The translations under genes were made by a program, and so were the position numbers. A stretch of DNA of 42,437 nt, taken from an uncultured Verrucomicrobiota bacterium (GTDB lineage Bacteria > Verrucomicrobiota > Verrucomicrobiia > Limisphaerales > CAZKNW01). The stretch is taken from contig CAZKNW010000001.1 in assembly GCA_964554035.1 (NCBI GenBank), positions 1-42,437 on the forward strand, written 5' to 3'. The notes beneath the pieces were generated by a model, which searched no databases, had not been told where the DNA came from, and saw only the letters and a program-made list of their open reading frames with translations. The number at the start of each line of letters is the position of its first letter. The stretch's first letter is position 1. This document shows positions 16,389-23,661 of the stretch, piece after piece.

Positions 16389-17435
16389 CTAGAGAAATCT
16401 CAGAAGTCTCTGGTCCTCCATGCCGTGGCCATCGATCCAGCGCTTCACGTGATCCACCTTCTCGGGCTTTCCTGCGGCGTGAGCTGCTTCGATGACGAGA
16501 AGGGTGTCTATGGGAAGCTTCTGGAACTCCCAGTTCCTGATGGCGAGAGCGAGGGCGTCACCCGGGTTGCGTTCCACGTGTAGTGCGAGGTAGGCCCTTT
16601 CCCGCTCGCTGGCGTGAACACCAAAGCCCCTGAGGAACTGCGCCTGCAGATTGCCGGATGGATTCCGCGACAGGGAAGATTTCAAGGATCTCAGTATGGG
16701 ATTCAGGCGAGGATGGTCCGGGCTGGTCGTACGGTAGGATTTGGCAAGGCGAAGCTGAAGGCCCGTGGACTCGGGACCGGTGGCCACGAACTGCCTCAAG
16801 GTCTCATGTCTACCCTGGTCCAGGAGAAGATCGGCATACTGGCAGCGGACTTCCTCCGTCTTTTCACCCAGGTTGAGGGCGTAGAGGAAGAGTTGTTCGG
16901 CCTCGTCCTTCATGCCGAGGCGAACGGCAATCTCACCCAGGATGGAGGCAGCCTGCCTCTTCTGCGCGATCGAGGAATGGGTGTCCTGATCCAACCGTGC
17001 CTTGAGGGCGTGAAAGCTGCCATTGGCTTGTCCACGAAGGCTCGCCACACCGAGATGGGCGGTCGCTGCCACAAGGGGTGGGAGGGTCGAGCGGAGGCTG
17101 ATGCTTTCCCGGGCGGCCTCGTTCAGTCGGCCGAGGGATTTCAAAACCTCGATCAGTGTCAGCCTGGCACCGTTGTGGTCCGGAAATTTTTCCAGGATTT
17201 CCCGAAGATCCTCCAGAGCCTCGTGGTAATCGCGGAGTCTTTGTCGAACGTGGGCCCTGGCAAGAAGGATGTCGGGAGGAGCCGAGGGTTTGTTCCACCA
17301 TTGACCAATCAAACCCGCCGCGTCCGAAATGTCCGCACTGCATGTGGTTTGGCGGCTGCGGTCGATGAGCCTTTCCGCCATTCCAACCGTAAGTTCTCTT
17401 GAAACGTCTCGAGATAAGTCAGTTTCGCACTGCAT
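16389..17435 (-). CDS. TPR-repeat protein with no signal peptide
   Basis: TPR-like helical repeats are visible (YHEALEDLREILEKFPDHNGARLTLIEVLKSLGRLNEA and MKDEAEQLFLYALNL). The start is uncertain: ATG at 17435, 17381 or 17573. Confidence 0.6.
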   Translation of the reverse strand: MQCETDLSRDVSRELTVGMAERLIDRSRQTTCSADISDAAGLIGQWWNKPSAPPDILLARAHVRQRLRDYHEALEDLREILEKFPDHNGARLTLIEVLKSLGRLNEAARESISLRSTLPPLVAATAHLGVASLRGQANGSFHALKARLDQDTHSSIAQKRQAASILGEIAVRLGMKDEAEQLFLYALNLGEKTEEVRCQYADLLLDQGRHETLRQFVATGPESTGLQLRLAKSYRTTSPDHPRLNPILRSLKSSLSRNPSGNLQAQFLRGFGVHASERERAYLALHVERNPGDALALAIRNWEFQKLPIDTLLVIEAAHAAGKPEKVDHVKRWIDGHGMEDQRLLRFL

Positions 17436-17957
17436 GTGTCTATTGTGGGGATTGTCTGTCCAATTCAGTCCTGTTTTGGGTCGGCGGCCTTCACGCAGTT
17501 GAATCAGGGTTGATAGAACAGGATTTCTGCCATCGGCAAATATGAGATTGGAGTGAGGTTCTGGTGATCTCATTGCACAGGACCCGTGCGGGGAATGGGA
17601 ATTGCGTCAGGGGAAACAAAAAGGTGAAGAATGAAAACGGTGGTGGACTCCAACGGAGCGCGCGAACGGTATTTGGGGTTGATGTCAGAACCCACCGTCC
17701 TTCACCGAGAGGGTGAGGGAGGCGATCTGGAGACCGTCGGCCTCGTGATCGAACCGTTTCCATTCAACAGGTGATACGAGCGGGACTGACAGGTCGGATG
17801 CATCGATCGTTGTTTTTTTTTGGATTGGATGGCGTGTTCCTGCATCTGGAGAAGAGTTCTCCACGTATGATGGTTGACCACTGGAACTGCCTTGGGTTTC
17901 CGGCTTCTGGTTTGGAAGGGTTTCAGGCACGCTGTTTGCCGTTGGCTGCCATGTTCA

Positions 17958-18554
17958 ATGAAGCAGGATCTAGATCAGGCAAAGATTCTTGAGGAAGACC
18001 AGGAACTCATCCGCAGGATTGAGCAGTCTGAAGGTGGCGCCTTGTCGAAACTTTACGATCGCTACGCCAACACCGTGTACTCCGTCGCTCTCGCCATCAC
18101 GAAGAGTCCTGAAACCGCCTCGGAGGTGGTGCAGGATGTCTTTTCCAAGGTTTGGAAGAATGCATCGGTGTATGACAGGAGATTGGGCAAGCCTTCCACC
18201 TGGATCATCACCTTGGCGCGGAATCAGTCCATTGATCGCCTGCGTTCTGAAGTGCGCCGGACCGAGGTCATGGAGGCGGTTGGGGAAGAGGCTGATAAGG
18301 ATGAACAAACCTTCGGCGATCCATCGTCGGATGCCGAGGTTCGGGAGCGTGCCGAGATGGTTCGGGACTCGCTGAAACTCCTTCCGGAGGAGCAGCGTAT
18401 CTGCATTCGTCTGGCATTCCTCGTGGGGCTTTCCCATCCGGAGATCTCTGAACGGCTGGGGGTCCCGCTTGGAACGGTCAAGGCGAGGATTCGGCGAGGG
18501 CTGGAAAGGCTCCGCAGCCTGTTGGAGCAGGCCGATCAGGATGCCGGTGTTTGA
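17958..18554 (+). CDS. ECF (group IV) sigma-70 factor
   Basis: Region 2 is YDRYANTVYSVALAITKSPETASEVVQDVFSKVW. Region 4 is LPEEQRICIRLAFLVGLSHPEISERLGVPLGTVKARIRRGLERLR. Start placed at the ATG at 17958 (198 aa); the ORF extends to a TTG at 17874. Confidence 0.9.
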   Translation: MKQDLDQAKILEEDQELIRRIEQSEGGALSKLYDRYANTVYSVALAITKSPETASEVVQDVFSKVWKNASVYDRRLGKPSTWIITLARNQSIDRLRSEVRRTEVMEAVGEEADKDEQTFGDPSSDAEVRERAEMVRDSLKLLPEEQRICIRLAFLVGLSHPEISERLGVPLGTVKARIRRGLERLRSLLEQADQDAGV

Positions 18555-18565
18555 GAACTGACAAG

Positions 18566-19189
18566 ATGTCCAGAGAGTTCAACAAAGACGAGATCAGGCA
18601 GTGGGCCGCCATTCATTTGGCGGGTTCCACAGGTGAGGTCTCTTCGGAGGATCTGGAACGTCTCCTGGCGGGGGAATTCTCCCCTGAAGTTGAGGAGATG
18701 GCCGATCTGGCGGATCTTGTCGCTGAGGTGATTGCGGCTGAGTCTCCCATGGCCGTGGCCCCGGATGGGATCAAGGAGAAGCTGATGGCTGACCTGGGCA
18801 TCCAACCTGATCCCGACCAGATGCCTTCAATTGCCGAGGGATTCAGCTTTGTCCAGGCTGGTGACGAGAAGGACTGGACGCCGCTTCCGGTGGCGGGTGC
18901 CTTCTTCAAGCTCTTGTCCATGGACCAGTCGAGGGGATATGCGGTGGTGCTTGGAAAGCTTGAACCGGGGACACGCTATCCGGCGCATGACCACATCGGG
19001 CCTGAGTCGATTCTTGTGCTGTCGGGAGATCTCTGGATCGGGGACCGGGAGATGACGGCAGGCGATTTTCACAGCGCGGCTGCCGGGACACGTCATGATG
19101 TGAATTCATCGAGGCAAGGTTGTACCATCCTTGCGGTGCTCACGATCGAGGACCTTCAGGCACAGATGTCCCAATTCTCCGATTCCTAG
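18566..19189 (+). CDS. Cytoplasmic ChrR-like anti-sigma factor with a C-terminal cupin domain
   Basis: It starts 12 nt after the sigma gene. It has an exact cupin motif 1, GTRYPAHDHIGPESILVLSG = G(X)5HXH(X)3E(X)6G, and a motif-2-like GDFHSAAAGTRHDVN. No transmembrane segment, and no Cys in the N-terminal 100 aa. Confidence 0.75.
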   Translation: MSREFNKDEIRQWAAIHLAGSTGEVSSEDLERLLAGEFSPEVEEMADLADLVAEVIAAESPMAVAPDGIKEKLMADLGIQPDPDQMPSIAEGFSFVQAGDEKDWTPLPVAGAFFKLLSMDQSRGYAVVLGKLEPGTRYPAHDHIGPESILVLSGDLWIGDREMTAGDFHSAAAGTRHDVNSSRQGCTILAVLTIEDLQAQMSQFSDS

Positions 19190-19198
19190 AGACGGGTT

Positions 19199-20563
19199 CT
19201 AGTCTTTCCCGGGGTTGCCGCGGTCCCAATGGTTCTGTCCGAGCGCCTCCTTCTTGTAGAACTTCTCGTAAAAGTCCGTGTCCAGTCGGCATGCCTGGAA
19301 TCCCATGACGGTGGTGTAGGGGGGCTTGGTGGCCGGAAAGCGGCCGTAGGTCTCAAAGACATAGTTGCAGTAGGCAATCGTGGTTTCGATCGCCCTTTCA
19401 CTCACTTCAGTGATTCCGTTCATCACCGACCTGGAATCGGTCCAAGCAGAGGGTTTTTCATTGCAACGAAAGGCCCCCTTTTCTCCGAACTTGAGCTCGG
19501 CAACGGCACGTACCGCGTCTTCCATCGATTCATGGTAGGGCGGGCAATAGGGTTTCAGGAGGGTCTTGCCATTGGCCTCCAGGCCCAACGGAAACTCCAC
19601 TTCAAAGTCCTTGCCCAGAAGCTTCATTCCCAGTCGCTCAAGCCAGCGCGTGCCAAGGTAGCGACTGGCGTCCATCGTGTGCATGCGAAAACCGAGTGAT
19701 TGGAACCATGCGAACTCATGGTTGGCGAAATTGGGATAGCCACCGAGCGCGAGGGCCTCGGTCATCAGGGCAAGGTTCTGGAGCATCATGCCCTGTTCGA
19801 TGGTGGCGAATTCGCTGACCATCACCTCGACCTGCCTGATGGTGGCCACTTTCAGCTTTGAGGCATCATCCTCGAGATGACCTCCCTTGCTGCGGGCATA
19901 CCTGCCAACGCCTGCAGGGCGGAATCCGGCCCGCTCGTCCATGACAAAAACCCCATTGTACTCGTTGAAGATCTCGAGCAGGCCATTGATGTAGAGAAGG
20001 GTCAGGTCGTTGATGGGTAGAAAATAGGTGGAGCCTGGCGCGAAAAGGGCCCAGCGGTTGATGGGCAGGTTGGTGATCGGTGTGAGGGGAACGGCGCAAC
20101 GGCCTTCGGATACCTTGACCCTGGTCTTTCGGTAGATCTCCTCGAGTTCGCCCTTTTCCGCCAGAGCCAGCACGTCATGAATCTCTCCGGTTTCCATGTC
20201 GTGGGGACGACGCACAAGCCAGGTTCCGGTATCGTCGGTGACCACGAGGGCAACGCTCTGGATGGCATCGCCACTGGCGATGGTCCGCCCGACACGTCCG
20301 GCCAGGATGTTGCCTCCTCCATCCTTACCGTAGGCCAGGTCCGCAAGAGTGGGACCGGTGATGCCGGAGGCAGCGAAGGCCAAGGCCGCCTTTTCAGCCT
20401 CGTTCAGAGGATCGGCCGCGTGTTTGCTCTGGTAGGCAAGCGGACCCGAGGGAATCCTCATGCCTTTGCCGAATCGTCGTGAACGACGTTGTCGAAGGGC
20501 CCTGAAGAAGGAGAAGTTCCCGAATGTTGGTGGGGCTTGCTCGGAGTTGGGCATGTGATTCAT
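19199..20563 (-). CDS. Large nitroreductase-superfamily-like protein (SagB/ThcOx-like features)
   Basis: 454 aa. Motifs are RQRRSRRFGKG (an RRSxRxF-like motif), GRTIASGDAIQSVALVV and QNLALMTEALALGG. It is longer than classical nitroreductases, so the assignment is tentative. Confidence 0.5.
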   Translation of the reverse strand: MNHMPNSEQAPPTFGNFSFFRALRQRRSRRFGKGMRIPSGPLAYQSKHAADPLNEAEKAALAFAASGITGPTLADLAYGKDGGGNILAGRVGRTIASGDAIQSVALVVTDDTGTWLVRRPHDMETGEIHDVLALAEKGELEEIYRKTRVKVSEGRCAVPLTPITNLPINRWALFAPGSTYFLPINDLTLLYINGLLEIFNEYNGVFVMDERAGFRPAGVGRYARSKGGHLEDDASKLKVATIRQVEVMVSEFATIEQGMMLQNLALMTEALALGGYPNFANHEFAWFQSLGFRMHTMDASRYLGTRWLERLGMKLLGKDFEVEFPLGLEANGKTLLKPYCPPYHESMEDAVRAVAELKFGEKGAFRCNEKPSAWTDSRSVMNGITEVSERAIETTIAYCNYVFETYGRFPATKPPYTTVMGFQACRLDTDFYEKFYKKEALGQNHWDRGNPGKD

Positions 20564-20727
20564 TTAGGAACAGGACCGTCGCGCGACAACGATTCAGGCT
20601 ATCGTAATTGTGCGCAAGCGCAAGAAACGTACCTCTCAACTTCGCCTCCCTTTCGGATACCGATTCCTCCTTCATCTGATCCAAAGAAACACTGGTAAGC
20701 GACATGGGTATGATGGAACCTCTTTGA

Positions 20728-22560
20728 GTGATTTCCATAAGCGCCTTCATTTCGAGGAGTCCTGTATGTGCTTTGCTGGGGCTTTTCGTCCTTTCATCCT
20801 TCTCGAAAGCCGTTGCGACCCTTCCCTCGAAGCCAAACGTCATTGTGGTCTACACGGATGATCATGGTTGGCCCGATGTGGGCAGCGTGGGTGTGTATCC
20901 GGACCTGAAAACCCCCAACATCGATCGCCTCGCAAAGGGAGGGCTGAGGGCCGTCAGCGGATACAGCACGGCCCCGCAGTGTGTGCCGTCGCGGGCGGGA
21001 CTCCTTTCTGGGCGTTCCCAGAACCGCTTCGGTGTTGAGTCCAATGGTGAATCGCTGGAGGGTTTCGACCGGCAGTTCACGATTGCCGAGCGGTTGAAGA
21101 AGGTGGGCTATGCGACGGGGCAGATCGGGAAGTGGCATCTGGGGCCGGTGAATGCCATCACCTCGCATGGGTTCGATGATGTATACGCCAAGAATGCGAA
21201 CCGTCCTGGATGGGCCAACTACACGCTCGATGGCAAGACGGTTCCCGGAGGACAGGAAAACTCCAGGCTTTATCACCTGGATGCCTGCAGTGAGGCGGCA
21301 AGGGCCTTTATTGAACGCCATGAAAAGGAACCCTTCTTCCTGTATCTCGCCTACCGTGCCCCTCATGTTCCACTCGATGCGCCCGCGAAATACCTGAATC
21401 GGTTTCCGGGTGAGATGCCCGAGCGAAGACGGCAGGCGCTGGCCATGATATCAGCCATGGATGACGGGCTGGGACTTATCCATCAAACGCTTCAGGAAAA
21501 GGGGCTGCTGGAAAAGACCCTGATCTTCGTCATCGCCGACAACGGGGCGCCTCTCAAGATCCACAAGTTGGATGCCCCGGGCGGTGGCCCTGGCTGGGAT
21601 GGGTCGCTCAATGAACCCATGAACGGGGAAAAGGGCATGTTGAGCGAAGGCGGCATGCGTGTGCCCTTCATTGTCAGTTGGCCCGGCATCATCCCTGGGG
21701 GGCAGGTGTATGAACATCCGATCTGGACCCTGGATGTGGCAGCCACGGCAGTCACCCTGGCGGGGCTCCCCATGGATGGTTCGCTTGATGGAGTGAACCT
21801 GATCCCCTACCTGAGCGGAGAGAAGAAGGAGGCTCCTCATGGGCAGCTTTTTTGGCGCTGGATTTCCCAGTCGGCTGTTCGCGAAGGGAAGTGGAAGTTT
21901 CTGAAGGGAGGAGACCGGGAGTATCTCTTCAACCTGGACCAGGACAAGGAGGAGAAGCACGACCTCAAGAAGGAACATCCCCAGGTGGCGGCCCGTCTCA
22001 AGGCATCGCTGTCCAAGTGGGCAGGCGAACTGGACCCGCCCGGGCTGGTCACGAAGCCGATGTCCCAGACATGGGAGGATTATTTTGACCACTACCTCGA
22101 TGGAAAACCTCCGGCTCCCCTTCGTTCCAAGTTCGTTCCCAAGGAGAATGGGCAGACGACTGATCTGCAGGGATGGGTGGTGCGCAATGGCGTTGCCAAG
22201 ACCGGTAAAGATGGATTGAAGGTGGCTCCTGAAGTGAAGAAGGGGCGTCGCCTTTACATGGCCAGGGCGAAGATCAAGCATGCCTCGCCGGTGAAGGTGC
22301 GCATCAGCCTTCAGGCTGCAAAGGGAGACAAGGTGGGAGTCTCGTGGCGTGAGGAAGGTCAGAAGGATTTTGTAGCAGGGCAGACGGTTTCTTCTGCAAT
22401 TCAGGATGGCACGGGCCATCAGGAGGCCTTGGTTTCCATTCCCAACAAGGCCGAAGTCATCCACATCAGGGTTCACCTGCCGGATGGAGAGACGGTCCTG
22501 GAAAGCATCGAAGTGGTTGGCAGGGGTGGTTCCAGGGACGTTTGGAGATTCAGGGAGTGA
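20728..22560 (+). CDS. Secreted Cys-type sulfatase with a C-terminal extension of about 150 aa
   Basis: GTG start at 20728 (no in-frame ATG upstream of the signal peptide). It has YTDDHGWPD and the motif QCVPSRAGLLSG. The C-terminal part, from about LRSKFVPKENG to the end, lies outside the sulfatase fold. Confidence 0.85.
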   Translation: MISISAFISRSPVCALLGLFVLSSFSKAVATLPSKPNVIVVYTDDHGWPDVGSVGVYPDLKTPNIDRLAKGGLRAVSGYSTAPQCVPSRAGLLSGRSQNRFGVESNGESLEGFDRQFTIAERLKKVGYATGQIGKWHLGPVNAITSHGFDDVYAKNANRPGWANYTLDGKTVPGGQENSRLYHLDACSEAARAFIERHEKEPFFLYLAYRAPHVPLDAPAKYLNRFPGEMPERRRQALAMISAMDDGLGLIHQTLQEKGLLEKTLIFVIADNGAPLKIHKLDAPGGGPGWDGSLNEPMNGEKGMLSEGGMRVPFIVSWPGIIPGGQVYEHPIWTLDVAATAVTLAGLPMDGSLDGVNLIPYLSGEKKEAPHGQLFWRWISQSAVREGKWKFLKGGDREYLFNLDQDKEEKHDLKKEHPQVAARLKASLSKWAGELDPPGLVTKPMSQTWEDYFDHYLDGKPPAPLRSKFVPKENGQTTDLQGWVVRNGVAKTGKDGLKVAPEVKKGRRLYMARAKIKHASPVKVRISLQAAKGDKVGVSWREEGQKDFVAGQTVSSAIQDGTGHQEALVSIPNKAEVIHIRVHLPDGETVLESIEVVGRGGSRDVWRFRE

Positions 22561-22599
22561 GCGAATGGGAGTCAGGCTCACGCTGAGACGCTGAGGAAC

Positions 22600-22966
22600 A
22601 AGACAATGCCGTTTCTCTCGCTGAGCCACGGAGGAACACGGGGAGTTGAAATGCATGCATTTCAACAAATGTCCTTTCTCCGTGAATCACCGTGCCTCTG
22701 TGAGAGATATTCTTCCTCTTTCAGAATCTGGAAGATAGCTCATGACGAGACGCCGCTTGTCCTGCCGAAGCCCATGCGAAGGGGGAAGACCCAAAGGTAG
22801 GGCCCGTCGCTCCGCGCGGGCCTTTGCTGCGAACGGGGATTCAGACGCCTTCATGCGATTGGATACCAGGCCCGGGCGCTCACGGAGTGATCGCCCTACC
22901 TTTGTGAGGCATGCCTCGATCCTCGGATTCCAATCTGTGGCTTTTCTGAATCCTCGGGAAATCAAT
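22600..22966 (+). repeat. Structured intergenic repeat, copy D (H1, junction carrying both linker variants, R2, long tail)
   Basis: Palindrome at 22646-22665. R2 is bounded by GTAG 22797-22800 and CTAC 22896-22899. The linker carries both the agctcatg junction of copy C and the ccgaagcccatgcgaa junction of copies A and B. Confidence 0.9.
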
Positions 22967-22977
22967 TCAATGAGAAA

Positions 22978-23658
22978 TCAACGATTTGCTGCCCAGACCT
23001 CGAAGTTTCGGATGGCTCCTCCTGCCTTGCCGGGATTGAGACCGATCTTGTTCTTGGTGGTGGCAAGGGCCGGATGGCGACCCTCCACAGTGACATCGCC
23101 GACCGTGACACGTGCCAGGTCATCGACGAGCTCCAGTCGCATATGGTGCCACTTTCCCGGCTTGAGGTTCACGTCGACAGGACCAAAGCGCTTCTCCTCC
23201 TTCACCTTCTTGTCCTTGTCCTTGGGGTTGTGGAGCAGGGTAAGTCCAAGGGGCTGGAACGTGGTTGAGAAATTGGCCCATGCCGCGATTGTATGGCCGG
23301 TATAGTCAGGATGATCCAGGAAGATCCGGAAATGCCGGTCAGGACCTTCCTTTTCAGGAAGCTTGAACTCACACTCGATGATGACGTTGTCGATGGGAGC
23401 CAGATAGGTCAGAACAGGTCCGTGACCGTCACTTGGGACGTTGACCGCCTTGAGTCCGCCCTCCTTGAGTACGGACCAGTCACCAAAGCTGAGGCGCTGG
23501 TCCCATCCTTCAGCAACATTCACCTTCTTCTTTTTCAGGGCTGGAGCTTTCCTGAAGTCATCCTTGAAGAGGAGGCGGCCCTTTTCTGCAGATTGGCTGG
23601 TAAAGCAGAAAAGGAGTGAAAGCAGGAGTGCTGCAAGAATCCTTGAGGTTGTTTTCAT
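22978..23658 (-). CDS. Secreted LamG/concanavalin-like (DUF1080-type) protein
   Basis: Signal peptide MKTTSRILAALLLSLLFCFTSQSA. The pattern FKDDF ... W ... ECEFKL ... WHHMRLELVDDLARVTVGD matches the LamG type. It starts 3 nt after the upstream sulfatase stop. Confidence 0.6.
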   Translation of the reverse strand: MKTTSRILAALLLSLLFCFTSQSAEKGRLLFKDDFRKAPALKKKKVNVAEGWDQRLSFGDWSVLKEGGLKAVNVPSDGHGPVLTYLAPIDNVIIECEFKLPEKEGPDRHFRIFLDHPDYTGHTIAAWANFSTTFQPLGLTLLHNPKDKDKKVKEEKRFGPVDVNLKPGKWHHMRLELVDDLARVTVGDVTVEGRHPALATTKNKIGLNPGKAGGAIRNFEVWAANR

Positions 23659-23661
23659 GGT

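Noticed and set aside
17813-17821. A T9 run preceded by the small palindrome GATGCATC, considered as a terminator in the 17436-17957 gap.
   Set aside because: No plus-strand gene ends upstream of it and the stem is very short. It is more likely an AT tract in a divergent promoter region. The 81-aa minus-strand ORF at 17685..17930 that overlaps it has no supporting features.
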